Positions 27,496 through 38,400 of a DNA stretch of 64,000 nt are shown in pieces. The stretch's first letter is position 1. Each line of letters begins with the position of its first letter. The translations under genes were made by a program, and so were the position numbers. The stretch lies in sequence record MW822008.1. One strand, written 5' to 3'. Below the pieces are notes generated by a model that was not told the origin of the DNA, did no database searches, and saw only the letters and a program-made list of their open reading frames with translations.

Positions 27496-30400
27496 TTAAG
27501 CAGTACGTTGTGCAATGAACAAATCAGTAACTGAACTTACACCATCATAAATTACTTGGTAAATGGTCACGCTACCAGCAGTTTTGTTTAGTTCACCATC
27601 AACAACAGCATAAGTACCATCAGTTGTAAAGTTTCTGTTACCAGTTGTATCTTGTTTAACATAGATGTATACTGATGCAGCTTTACCACCACCAATTAGG
27701 CCAGTAATTGGAGCCAACGTGGTATCTTGGTCTAGAGTGATGAAGTATACGTTACTTGTACCATCTGGAGTCCATGTTCCGGTTGGAGCAATTACTGATG
27801 ATGTAACTTGAGTTGGGATTACATCATACTTTTTGGTAGTTACTGTTGTAGTAGTTAAGTTAGCATTAGTAGTGGTTAGTTCACCAGTTACTGTTACTGC
27901 CTTATCAAACACAGCATTTTCTTTAAATGATGAAGTTGCATTAACGGTTAGAACGTCAGCCGCTGCGTCACCTAATGTTACGTTACCATTCGCAGTTAGT
28001 GCTCCTGTTACTGCTAGTGTTCCACCTACTGTTGCGTTACCAGTAACGGATGCACTTGCAAGTGTAGCCAAACCTGATGTTGTAATTGTAGAAACGGTTG
28101 TTGCACCGAATCCAGCAGTACCAGTTGCAGAGATATTACCACCTACTGTTAGGTTACCAGCAGTGATACCAACAGTACCAGTGATGTTTGCACCACTTGA
28201 CATAGTTACTGCACCACCAAATGAACCAGTAGTAGTAACTTCTAAAGTATTACCTTTAAGCAATCCAGTTGCAGTGATAGAAGTACCAGCAGTAATTGAA
28301 GTGTTAGCAGTAATTGAAGTGCCAGCCGCTACGTTGTTAGTTGCAGTCAAAGACTTAACAGCTACATCGGAATCTGCTTGGTTCAATTGTGCATTTAGTA
28401 CACCAGTAACAGTAAAGTCACCGTTGTTTACAACGTTACCATTAACGATTAGGTTGTTGTTTTGTGAACCGACTTCACCAATTGTTGCAGAACTTGAAAT
28501 AATTGCCGCACCAGCAGTAATATTACCAGCAGAAGATAAAGAATCGGATGCTATTACTGCAAACGGTTCTAGTGTTTGTCCACCAACATCGATATCTGCG
28601 TTAATACCACCTTCAACACGTAGTTTACCAGCAATATAAGTGTCTGGCATAATCTGTACAGTTTCAGGCTGCTCACCTAATGGTGTACCAACTGTTAGAG
28701 TTGCACCAGTTTTAACAGAACCTAGTGTTGTTTGACCAACTACACCTAGTGTACCACCAACGGTTGCGTTGTTAGTTACTGCTAGACCAGTTCCTGAACC
28801 ATTCAAGGTTGCAGATGGAGCAGTTACTGCACCAGAAGTTAGTGTTCCACCAATTGTTGCTAAACCAGTTACACCTAATGTTCCACCAAGGGTAGTATTA
28901 CCTGTCGCATTTAATGTTTCAGATAGAGTTAGTGTTTTAGCAGAGATATCTGCACCAGTTAGATCTAAGCTACCAGGAGTTAGTGTTCCAACTACAGTTA
29001 CATCGTTACCAAATGTCGCAGCACCAGTAACACCAAGAGTAGTACTGAAAGAGCCACTTGTTGCAGATACACCAGAAGTTACGATAGAACCAAGTGATGC
29101 TTGACCAGTTACTCCTAATGTACCACCAATAGTTGCATTATTAGTTACTGCTAGTGCAGTACCAGTACCGCTTAGGGTTGCCGATGGAGCAGTTACTTCA
29201 CCAGTTACACCTAATGTTCCACCTACTGTTGTGTTACCACCAAAGGAAGCTGCACCATCAGAGTGAATAGTTTCAGATACTGACAAACTCTTAGCTGTAA
29301 TGTCAGCAGTTGTTAGGTCTAAACCACCTGCTGGTGTGAATACACCTTCAACAGTTACATCGTTGTCAAATGTAGCTGCACCAGTAACATCCAATGTAGA
29401 ACTAAATGTACCAGTACTACCAGATACAGCACCGGAAACCAATGAACCAACAGTTGTTACACCAGTAATATTCGCAAGACCAGTTACAGTCAATGGACCT
29501 GAAGATAATGAGCCAGTTACACCTAATGTTCCACCAACGGTCGCATTGTTAGTAACACCCAAACTACCAGCATTCACTGTGCCAGATGCAGTAACATCAG
29601 TAGTACTTACACCACCACTTAGTGTGCTTAGGCCAGTTGCAGTGATGGTTGAAGCAGTTGCAAGACTATTAGCAGAAATATCTGCACCAGTTAGGTCAAT
29701 ACCACCTTGTGGAACCAATTCACCTTCAACTGTTAGTTTCTGAACAGTACTATCACCAGATACATTTAAGGATGCAGCACTTAGTGCAGCTACTGTACTT
29801 TGACCAGTTACATTTAAAGTGGTGTTTACTGTAGTGTTGTTTAAAGTTGTATCACCGGATACTAATATAGCGTTGGTATTGATACCACCAGCATCAACTT
29901 GAATACCACCAGTGCTTACAGTTACTTTCTTGCCGATATTTACAATATCAGTTAGGGTAGTTGCACCAGTTACTGAAGCAGTACCTGCGACTGAAAGGTT
30001 TCCAGATACGGATGGGCTACCAGTTACAACACCAGTTGTTAGTACTAGGTTACCACCAACGGTAGTATTTCCAGAACTAGCAAGGGTAATTGCTGAAACA
30101 TTGGAAGAACTTAAATCAATTGAACCATTAACAACTAGGTCACCACCAATTGTAGCACCTTCTGTAGTACTTAGGGATTTAGAACTAATATCGGTAGTAC
30201 TTAGGTCGATAGAACCAGGAGTAACAGTGCCAGATACGGTCAAATCACCAGTAATAGAAGCACTTTTCGCAATGTCAATTGTATCATTAACAGAACTAAT
30301 ATTATTAACATTTAATATACCATTAATGTTTGCATTATTGTCAACACGTAAACCTTCACCAACTCCATTTAGTACAATACTTGTAGCTGTTACTTCAGTA

Positions 30401-33216
30401 GCAGATACTTGTTTTAGTGTACTTGAACCAGTTGTTTCAATAGTATCTGCACGGACAGCACCAATAGTTGCATCAGTAGTAATTAGTTTTGGTAGAGTGC
30501 TAGAATTCACTGTATCAGAAACTGTAATAACACCAGCACTTGTAATTGTCTCTGCACTTGCAAGAGATTTCACAGACACATCAGCAGCACTTAGATCAAC
30601 TGTACCTGCTACCACAAGATCGCCACCAATTGTAGCACCTTCAGTTGTGGTTAGAGACTTAGAACTAATATCAGTAGTACTTAGGTCAATTGCACCAGGG
30701 GTCAATGTCCCAGATACGTCCAAATTACCAGTGATTGTAGTGTTATTGTTAATTGCTACACCATCAGCATTGCTGATTGACGCAGTTTCAACAGATGCAC
30801 CTTTTAATACGCCAGTAGCGGTAATGTTAGTTGCAGAAGTAATAGCACCAGAAGCGTTAACACCAGCTAGAGTTGATGTACCAGTTACATTTAGTGTGGT
30901 AGCATTTGCAGTGGTTGCAGTTACTGTGGTAATATTAGCTTCAGTACTGGAAAGTTTAGGTAGAACACTACTTACTGTACCTTCAGAACTAATAACTGCA
31001 CCAGTACTGGTTAGAGATTTAACAGCAACGTCAGCAGCACTTAGATCAACTGTACCTGCAACAACTAGGTCACCACCAATGATAGCACCTTCAGAAGTTG
31101 TTAGAGACTTAGCATCAATATCAGTAGTACTTAGGTCAATTGAACCAGGGGTAAGATTTCCAGTCACAGATAGATTACCTGCAATTGAAGTGTTGTTTGT
31201 TATTGACACACCAGCAGTGTTGCTAATGATTGCAGTTTCAACAGAAGATGCCTTTAGAGCACCAGTTTCAACGCTACCAGATTTAGAAAGACCAGTTACT
31301 ACAGATGATGCACCAGAAATTTCACCAGTTGCTGTAATAGTAGAGCCAGAAATTGCAGTACCTGCAATTGCACCAGTACTATTGATTGAAGTTGCTGTAA
31401 CACCAGCAAGAGTTGATTCACCAGCAACAGATAGAGTTGTTGTAACATCAACTTTGTTTGGAGCAATATCAAGACCGTCAACGTCAGCGATTGCAGTTAC
31501 ACCAGTTGAAGTTCCAGTTACTACCAAGTCTTTAACAGTGATTGTTTGACCAGTTACGGTTACATCACCACTGAAAGTGCCAGCTACAGCAGATAAATCG
31601 CCACTAAAGGTTGCGTTATCACCGCTAACATCCCCAGTAAAGGTTGCACTTGTACCGGATACTCTATCACTGAAGATACCTTTAGAACCACTAACATCAC
31701 CACTGAAAGTACCAGAGGCAGCAGATAATGCACCAGTAACAGTTGCAGCACCACCAACTTGTAGAGATGAACCTACAGTTGTTTGACCAACTGATTCAAG
31801 AGTTTGACCTTTGATTGCTTCAGCAGCAACTACTGATTTAGGAGTTAGATCTTGTCCACTCACATCAACAGTTAGGCCAGTTACAGTACCTGTAAATTCA
31901 ACATCATTAAGAATTGCTTTACCACCAACTTGTAGTTGTGGAGTTGCAGGGTTTTGTGTTGCGTTACCAGTAATTGTTAGATAATCTAATTTGTTTAGAC
32001 CATTACCAGTAATACCATAGGTAGATAGTGCAGCAGAACCGAAGGTTGCAGTTTGTAGAACGTTCAACTTAGCAGGAGACATTAGTTCAGATTGAACTTC
32101 GTTTGCTAACAAGACTGTTGGACGTGCACTAGGTGCAGTATATGCAAAACCTAGCTTAACGTTAGCATCAGCGGTATTTTGACCCAAATTGATTGCTTTG
32201 AATGTTGCAGTACTTGCTAGACCAGTGATGTTTGCACCCAATGTAACTGCACCAGTTAGTGCTGAAGCACCGGATACTGATAATGTTGTTGCTTGGATAT
32301 CATCTAAATCAAAACTACCACCAATAGTACCAGATACGTTGATGTTGTTAAAGTTTGCAGTACCAGAACTTTCGATATTAGGAATAGTTGCTACACCAGT
32401 TACTTCTAAATCAACAACTTTAGTTTTACCTTTAGTTACTTCAAGTAAAGGAGTGGTTGGTGATTGAATTGCGTTACCAGAAATAGTTACATAATCTAAT
32501 TTGTTTAAACCATTACCTGTAATACCGTAAGTTGAAAGTGAAGAATCACCAAATGTTGCAGTTTGTAGAACATTCAACTTAGCTGGTGACATTAGTTCGG
32601 ATTGAACTTCGTTCTGTAGAAGAACGGTTGGTCGTTGTCCTGGAACGGTGTAACCAAAGTTTAGTCTATATGCTTGACCTGCTTCATTAGGCCCGATACG
32701 AATATCACGGAAGTTTGCAGTACTTGCAAGACCAGTGATATTTGCACCCAATGTGACTGAACCAGTTAGTGCTGAAGCACCAGACACATTAAGTGTTGTA
32801 GCATTAATATCAGAAAGATTAAAAGTACCACCAAGTGTACCAGAAATGTTTACATCTTTAAAAGTTGCTGTGCCAGTTGAAGTAATATCAGTTGATTCAA
32901 CAGAATCAAATGATCCTGAATTAGCTTCTAAATTATCAAATTTTGCAGTTGTTCCGACAGCAGCAGTAATGTTTCCTGCAAATGTCGCAGCACCTGAAAC
33001 ATCAGCACCACCGGATAAGGTTGCCTTACCAGCAACATCCAATGCACCTGTGACATTCACAGAACCAGCGGTAATTGCAGTGAATACTGCGTTAGCAAAA
33101 GACACTTCCCCATTAACCGTTAGGTCATTACTGAATACTGCATTACCTTTGACCAAAAGATCCTTACCTACCGTGGAATTACCAGATACATCAAGATCCG
33201 TTTTAATCGAGTACAT
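27496..33216 (-). CDS. Giant repetitive fibre protein A (1906 aa)
   Basis: G/T/S/V-rich beta repeats (GNL.V.G, DLS..D+.+KSL); GGAGGGG RBS; TAAATA at 33278-33283; paralogue of 33366-38282. Confidence 0.85.
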   Translation of the reverse strand: MYSIKTDLDVSGNSTVGKDLLVKGNAVFSNDLTVNGEVSFANAVFTAITAGSVNVTGALDVAGKATLSGGADVSGAATFAGNITAAVGTTAKFDNLEANSGSFDSVESTDITSTGTATFKDVNISGTLGGTFNLSDINATTLNVSGASALTGSVTLGANITGLASTANFRDIRIGPNEAGQAYRLNFGYTVPGQRPTVLLQNEVQSELMSPAKLNVLQTATFGDSSLSTYGITGNGLNKLDYVTISGNAIQSPTTPLLEVTKGKTKVVDLEVTGVATIPNIESSGTANFNNINVSGTIGGSFDLDDIQATTLSVSGASALTGAVTLGANITGLASTATFKAINLGQNTADANVKLGFAYTAPSARPTVLLANEVQSELMSPAKLNVLQTATFGSAALSTYGITGNGLNKLDYLTITGNATQNPATPQLQVGGKAILNDVEFTGTVTGLTVDVSGQDLTPKSVVAAEAIKGQTLESVGQTTVGSSLQVGGAATVTGALSAASGTFSGDVSGSKGIFSDRVSGTSATFTGDVSGDNATFSGDLSAVAGTFSGDVTVTGQTITVKDLVVTGTSTGVTAIADVDGLDIAPNKVDVTTTLSVAGESTLAGVTATSINSTGAIAGTAISGSTITATGEISGASSVVTGLSKSGSVETGALKASSVETAIISNTAGVSITNNTSIAGNLSVTGNLTPGSIDLSTTDIDAKSLTTSEGAIIGGDLVVAGTVDLSAADVAVKSLTSTGAVISSEGTVSSVLPKLSSTEANITTVTATTANATTLNVTGTSTLAGVNASGAITSATNITATGVLKGASVETASISNADGVAINNNTTITGNLDVSGTLTPGAIDLSTTDISSKSLTTTEGATIGGDLVVAGTVDLSAADVSVKSLASAETITSAGVITVSDTVNSSTLPKLITTDATIGAVRADTIETTGSSTLKQVSATEVTATSIVLNGVGEGLRVDNNANINGILNVNNISSVNDTIDIAKSASITGDLTVSGTVTPGSIDLSTTDISSKSLSTTEGATIGGDLVVNGSIDLSSSNVSAITLASSGNTTVGGNLVLTTGVVTGSPSVSGNLSVAGTASVTGATTLTDIVNIGKKVTVSTGGIQVDAGGINTNAILVSGDTTLNNTTVNTTLNVTGQSTVAALSAASLNVSGDSTVQKLTVEGELVPQGGIDLTGADISANSLATASTITATGLSTLSGGVSTTDVTASGTVNAGSLGVTNNATVGGTLGVTGSLSSGPLTVTGLANITGVTTVGSLVSGAVSGSTGTFSSTLDVTGAATFDNDVTVEGVFTPAGGLDLTTADITAKSLSVSETIHSDGAASFGGNTTVGGTLGVTGEVTAPSATLSGTGTALAVTNNATIGGTLGVTGQASLGSIVTSGVSATSGSFSTTLGVTGAATFGNDVTVVGTLTPGSLDLTGADISAKTLTLSETLNATGNTTLGGTLGVTGLATIGGTLTSGAVTAPSATLNGSGTGLAVTNNATVGGTLGVVGQTTLGSVKTGATLTVGTPLGEQPETVQIMPDTYIAGKLRVEGGINADIDVGGQTLEPFAVIASDSLSSAGNITAGAAIISSSATIGEVGSQNNNLIVNGNVVNNGDFTVTGVLNAQLNQADSDVAVKSLTATNNVAAGTSITANTSITAGTSITATGLLKGNTLEVTTTGSFGGAVTMSSGANITGTVGITAGNLTVGGNISATGTAGFGATTVSTITTSGLATLASASVTGNATVGGTLAVTGALTANGNVTLGDAAADVLTVNATSSFKENAVFDKAVTVTGELTTTNANLTTTTVTTKKYDVIPTQVTSSVIAPTGTWTPDGTSNVYFITLDQDTTLAPITGLIGGGKAASVYIYVKQDTTGNRNFTTDGTYAVVDGELNKTAGSVTIYQVIYDGVSSVTDLFIAQRTA

Positions 33217-33319
33217 AGAGTCCCCTCCTATAACGATGAACTATATATTCATAACCCATCTTTTGTTAATATACTTATATTTAGTTTAATTCACAAAAAC
33301 ACTATTATCTAATACAAAA

Positions 33320-33347
33320 GAAAAAGCCAACTAAAAAAGTTGGCTTT
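33320..33347 (-). terminator. Rho-independent terminator
   Basis: AAAGCCAACT...AGTTGGCTTT with a T-run on the minus strand. Confidence 0.85.
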
Positions 33348-33365
33348 AATTATTAATTTAAAATG

Positions 33366-36300
33366 TTATACACGTTGTGCAACGAAGGTATCAAACACAG
33401 TACTGAAACCATCATAGATTACTTGGATAATACTTGTTTGACCAACTACAGCACTTACTGTACCAGAAACTACAGAGTATGCACCACCGAAGGTGAAAGT
33501 AGTATCAGCAACAGATGGAGTTACATAGATATACACTGAACATGCTTGACCACTACCAATTAGACCCGCGATGGAATCCATTGTAACACTTTGGTCAAGA
33601 GTTAAGCGATATACGTTAGTAGTACCATCTGGTGTCCAAGTGCCACCTACAGCAGCAGTAGAAGCAGTAACACTAGCAGGGATAACAGAATATTTCTTAG
33701 TTACCATGTTGTTTGTAGTGAAGTTTGCAGTGGTGGTGTTAATAGAACCAGTCACTGTTAGGTTCTTATCAAATGTTGCGTTCTCTTTAAATGTAGATGT
33801 TGCATTTACAGTTAAAGTATCAGCAGCAGCATCACCAATCACAGTGTTACCATTTGCAGTTAATGTACCACCTACAGTTAGATCACCAGTTACAGATGCA
33901 CTTGCCATTGTAACAGCACCAGTTGTAGTAATGGTTGTTGCAGTTAGTGCTTGGAAGCTTGATTCTTCTGTTGCAATTACTGAACCATCAACATGCATGT
34001 CACCACCTGAAACATCAGCACCACCTAGTAGGCTTACTTTACCACCGAACGAACCAGTAGTCGTGATAACAAGAGAGTTACCATTCAATGCACCAGTTGC
34101 AGTGATAGAAGTACCAGCAGTAATTGAAGTACCAGCCGCTACGTTGTTAGTTGCAGTCAAAGACTTAACAGCTACATCGGAATCTGCTTGGTTCAATTGT
34201 GCATTTAGTACCCCAGTAACGGTGAAGTCACCATTAGTTACTACGTTACCATTAACAGTTAGGTTGTTGTTTTGTGAACCAACATCACCAATTGTTGCAG
34301 CTTTAGAAACGATGGTTGCACCAGAAGTAATGTTACCAACAGCAGATAGTGTTGCAGCAGCTTCAATTGCATATGGTTCTAGTGTTTGACCACTTACGTC
34401 GATTTCAGCGTTAATACCACCGATTACACGCAATTTACCAGCAATATAAGTATCTGGAATGATCTGTACAGTTTCAGGTTGTTCACCAACTGGAGTACCA
34501 ACAGTTAGGGTTGTGCCAGTTTTCACTGCACCAGTAGCTGTTAGTGAAGATACAGTAGTAGCACCAGTAACATCTAGAGTGCCAGTTACACCCAAATTAC
34601 CACCAACTGATGCGTTTGCAGTAGAAGTTAAACTTCCAACAGTTGCTAGACCAGATGCAGTCACAGTAGAAGTACTAACACCACCACTTAGAGTACTTAG
34701 GCCAGTTGCATTGATAGTTGTTGCAGTAGTTAGACTATTAGCAGTAATGTCTGCACCGCTTAGGTCAAGACCACCTTGTGGGATCAATTCACCTTGGACA
34801 GTTAGTTTCTGAACAGTACTGTCACCAGAAACTGTTAGTGATGTCGCAGATACACCTGCTAGAGTAGAAGCACCAGTTACACCTAAAGTTCCAGTAATGG
34901 AAGTTCCTGCTAGAGTAGAAGCACCAGAAACGTTAATTGTGTTAGTATTGATACCACCATCAACTACCTGAATACCACCAGTACTCACTGTTACTTTCTT
35001 ACCGATATTAACAATATCAGTTAGGTTAACAGCACCAGTTACACCAAGAGTTCCACCGATTGTTGTATTACCAGAGATAGCTGGGCTACCAGTCACAACA
35101 CCAGTTGTTAGTACTAGATCAGTTCCAACAGTAGTAGAACCAGTACTTGCTAGACTTGCAGCTACAAGGTTAGTTGCACTTAAGTCGAATGCACCATCTA
35201 CAGTTAGGTCACCAGCAATGTGTGCGTTACCTAGTGAATCAAGAGATTTAACGGTTACATCAGTATTGCTTAGGTCGATTGAACCAGCAGTTAGTGTACC
35301 AGATACAGCTAAATCACCAGTGATTGCAGTATTTTTTGCAATATTAAGAGAAGCAGCAGTTGTTGTTAAAGAACCAACAGTTGCAATGCCACCAACAGAT
35401 AATGCACCACCAACGTTTGCATCATTATCAACTTGAAGACCAAGGCCACTACCAGAAAATTCAGCACTAGTAGCAGTTACTTGAGTAGCTGATACACTTT
35501 GTAGTACACTGTTGCCAGTTGCATTAATAGTACCTGCATTTACTGTAAAGAGTGTTGCATCAGTTGAAGTAATTTTAGGTAACGAACTAGTATTGGTTGA
35601 ATCGGTAACGGTAATAACACCAGCACTTGTAATTGTCTCTGCACTTGCAAGAGATTTCACAGACACATCAGCAGCACTTAGGTCAAAAGTACCATCAACT
35701 ACTAAGTTTCCACCAACATTAACATCAGCAGTAGTAGTTAGTGAGTTTGCAGTAATATCAACAGTTGTTAGATCAAGACCACCTTCAGGTTTGAATACAC
35801 CAGTGACAGTTAGATCTTTTGCCGCGACAACATTACTTGCTAGATTTAGTGTACCAGCACCAGCAGCTTCAGCTTGTAAAGTTGGAACTGTTACAGAAGT
35901 TGTGATTGTTGCAGTACCAGAAGACAAACGCGAACCAGATACTACACCAGTACTAGTTAGTGTTCCTACTTTCGCTGCACCAGTAGTAGTTAGTGTTCCA
36001 CCTGAAACGTCACCAGTTGCGACAACAGAAGATGCATTAATTACACCAAATGTACTTGGGTTAGTTGCACTAACTGATTTTGTTACTACATCAGCAGCAG
36101 ACAAATCAATAGCACCAGTTACTGCAAGAGAACCACCCACAGTTACGTTACCAGTAGTTGTTAAAGAAGCAGCACTTACATCAGTAGTGCTTAAATCTAT
36201 ACTACTCGGAGTTAGTGTTCCAGTAATAGTTACGTTATTAGCAAAAGTAGTGTCACCAGTAATACTTGGAACAGTTAGTGAAGCCATAGAACCAGCACCA

Positions 36301-38282
36301 GTTACTGCAAGAGAACCACCAGATAGTGCACCAGCCGCAGTTACTGTATTACCAGATACAGACGCACCAGTAACATCACCAGTACTGGTTACTGAACTAG
36401 CAGTTAGGCCAGCTAAAGTAGTGTCCCCAGCAACAGATAGTGTTGTTGTAACATCAACTTTATTTGGGGCGATATCAAGACCATCAACATCAGCTTGGGC
36501 AGTTACACCAGTAGTTGTACCAGTTACTACTAAATCACGTACAGTTACAGTTTGACCAGTAACGCTAACATCACCACTGAAAGTACCTTTAGCAGCACTT
36601 ACGTCACCAGTGAAGGTTGCAGCAGTACCAGTTAGTGCACCAACAACATTAGCTGTTCCACCAACTTGTAGGTTAGTTCCTACGGTGGTTTGACCAACAG
36701 ATTCAAGGGTTTGTCCTTTGATTGCTTCAGCAGCAACAACAGATTTAGGAGTTAGGTCTTGACCACTTACATCAACTGTTAGGCCAGTTACAGTACCAGT
36801 GAATTCAACATCATTTAGTACTGATTTACCAGCTACTTGTAGTTGTGGTGTTGCTGGACTTTGTGTACCATTACCAGTAATAGATAGATAATCTAGTTTG
36901 TTTAGACCGTTACCTGTGATACCATAGGTTGCAAGAGATGCATCACCAAAGGTAGCAGTTTTTTGTACATTTAGTACTGCTGGAGATACTAGTTCAGACT
37001 GAATTTCATTTTGTAGAATTACAGTTGGACGAGCACCAGGGGCAGAATAAGCAAAACCATACTTAACGTTAGCATCGGCTGCGTTTTGTCCTAAACTTAC
37101 TGCTTTAAAATTAGCAGTACTATTAGCACCGGAAATATCAGCACCCAAAGTTACACCACCAACAAGGCTAGTTAATCCAGAAACAGTTAGAGTGTTTGCT
37201 TCAATATCATCAAGACTGAAAGTACCGCCGAGTGTACCAGATACGTTGATGTTATTAAAATTAGCAGTACCAGTACTTTCAATGTTAGGAATAGTTGCAG
37301 TTCCTGTTACTTCGAAATCATGAACTTTAGTTTTACCTGAAGTTACTTGTAATAGTGGAGTTGTTGGATCTTGAACAGAGTTACCAGATACTGTTAGGTA
37401 ATCTAGTTTGTTTAGACCATTACCAGTAATACCAAAAGTGGATAATGACGAATCACCAAAAGATGCAGTTTTCAATACACTTAGGGTAGCTGGAGACATC
37501 AATTCTGATTGGATTTCGTTCTGTAGAATTACAGTTGGACGAAGACTTGGAGCAGAATAGTTAAAGCTCAAACGGTAGTTAGTGTTTGCAGCATTGGAAC
37601 CAATTTTAATATCACGGAAGTTTGCACTACTATTCACACCAGTAATGTTGGAACCTAATGTAACACCACCTTGTAGACTGGTCAAACCAGAAACAGTTAG
37701 AGTTGTTGCATTAACATCAGATAGACTAAATGTTCCACCTAGTGTACCGGAAATATTCACATCTTTAAAGTTTGCAGTTCCAGTTGATGTAATATCAGTA
37801 GTTGCAGTGTTTGTGAATGTTGCATCAGTTGCAGTTATTGTGTCAAATGCTGCGGTAGTGCCAGTTTCAGCAGTAATGTTACCTTTAAATGAAGAAGTTC
37901 CAAGAACATCCATTGATGCCACTTGGGTATCTTTTAGTACAGCAGTGCCAGCGGTTTGTGTTAGGTTACCTGCCATTGATACTGGGCTTTGGAATTGTGC
38001 ATTAGAATTAATCGTTGCAGTATCAGAACCAACAGGTAAATTACCAATTACGGAATTACCATGAACTTCAATTCCACCATTCAATGATGCTTTACCAGCA
38101 ACATCTAGTGTAGATGAAATGTCTACAGTTTCTGCTTCAATTGCAGTGAATACAGCGTCAGCAAAAGTTACAGTTCCATTAACTGTTAGATTTTTATTGA
38201 ATACTGCATCGCCTTTCACAAGAAGATCTTTAGCAACCGTTGCACCACCAGTTATATCGAGATCTGTTTTAATCGAGTACAT
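33366..38282 (-). CDS. Giant repetitive fibre protein B (1638 aa)
   Basis: Same MYSIKTDLD start, repeat types and C-terminal WTPDGT.NVY..TLDQ domain as fibre A; TAAATA at 38342-38347. Confidence 0.85.
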   Translation of the reverse strand: MYSIKTDLDITGGATVAKDLLVKGDAVFNKNLTVNGTVTFADAVFTAIEAETVDISSTLDVAGKASLNGGIEVHGNSVIGNLPVGSDTATINSNAQFQSPVSMAGNLTQTAGTAVLKDTQVASMDVLGTSSFKGNITAETGTTAAFDTITATDATFTNTATTDITSTGTANFKDVNISGTLGGTFSLSDVNATTLTVSGLTSLQGGVTLGSNITGVNSSANFRDIKIGSNAANTNYRLSFNYSAPSLRPTVILQNEIQSELMSPATLSVLKTASFGDSSLSTFGITGNGLNKLDYLTVSGNSVQDPTTPLLQVTSGKTKVHDFEVTGTATIPNIESTGTANFNNINVSGTLGGTFSLDDIEANTLTVSGLTSLVGGVTLGADISGANSTANFKAVSLGQNAADANVKYGFAYSAPGARPTVILQNEIQSELVSPAVLNVQKTATFGDASLATYGITGNGLNKLDYLSITGNGTQSPATPQLQVAGKSVLNDVEFTGTVTGLTVDVSGQDLTPKSVVAAEAIKGQTLESVGQTTVGTNLQVGGTANVVGALTGTAATFTGDVSAAKGTFSGDVSVTGQTVTVRDLVVTGTTTGVTAQADVDGLDIAPNKVDVTTTLSVAGDTTLAGLTASSVTSTGDVTGASVSGNTVTAAGALSGGSLAVTGAGSMASLTVPSITGDTTFANNVTITGTLTPSSIDLSTTDVSAASLTTTGNVTVGGSLAVTGAIDLSAADVVTKSVSATNPSTFGVINASSVVATGDVSGGTLTTTGAAKVGTLTSTGVVSGSRLSSGTATITTSVTVPTLQAEAAGAGTLNLASNVVAAKDLTVTGVFKPEGGLDLTTVDITANSLTTTADVNVGGNLVVDGTFDLSAADVSVKSLASAETITSAGVITVTDSTNTSSLPKITSTDATLFTVNAGTINATGNSVLQSVSATQVTATSAEFSGSGLGLQVDNDANVGGALSVGGIATVGSLTTTAASLNIAKNTAITGDLAVSGTLTAGSIDLSNTDVTVKSLDSLGNAHIAGDLTVDGAFDLSATNLVAASLASTGSTTVGTDLVLTTGVVTGSPAISGNTTIGGTLGVTGAVNLTDIVNIGKKVTVSTGGIQVVDGGINTNTINVSGASTLAGTSITGTLGVTGASTLAGVSATSLTVSGDSTVQKLTVQGELIPQGGLDLSGADITANSLTTATTINATGLSTLSGGVSTSTVTASGLATVGSLTSTANASVGGNLGVTGTLDVTGATTVSSLTATGAVKTGTTLTVGTPVGEQPETVQIIPDTYIAGKLRVIGGINAEIDVSGQTLEPYAIEAAATLSAVGNITSGATIVSKAATIGDVGSQNNNLTVNGNVVTNGDFTVTGVLNAQLNQADSDVAVKSLTATNNVAAGTSITAGTSITATGALNGNSLVITTTGSFGGKVSLLGGADVSGGDMHVDGSVIATEESSFQALTATTITTTGAVTMASASVTGDLTVGGTLTANGNTVIGDAAADTLTVNATSTFKENATFDKNLTVTGSINTTTANFTTNNMVTKKYSVIPASVTASTAAVGGTWTPDGTTNVYRLTLDQSVTMDSIAGLIGSGQACSVYIYVTPSVADTTFTFGGAYSVVSGTVSAVVGQTSIIQVIYDGFSTVFDTFVAQRV

Positions 38283-38359
38283 TTAGTTCCCTCCAAATAG
38301 GCAAAAAGCATAAAATACATTTGACCTTGTTAATATACATATATTTAGTTATTGATATA

Positions 38360-38400
38360 AAAAATCCAGACTAGATGAATCATAGTCTGGACTATTTTTT
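38360..38400 (-). terminator. Rho-independent terminator
   Basis: On the minus strand: TCCAGACTA-tgattcatc-TAGTCTGGA followed by TTTTTT. Confidence 0.8.

Noticed and set aside
28322-35681. Diversity-generating retroelement (TR/VR pair) in the fibre genes
   Set aside because: The shared tracts are exact, with no adenine-specific mismatches, are not C-terminal, and no reverse transcriptase is present in the window.
27833-38064. Long + strand ORFs (up to 545 aa) opposite the fibre genes
   Set aside because: Antisense shadows of Gly/Thr/Val/Ser codon bias (few stops in the reverse frame); no RBS or promoters.
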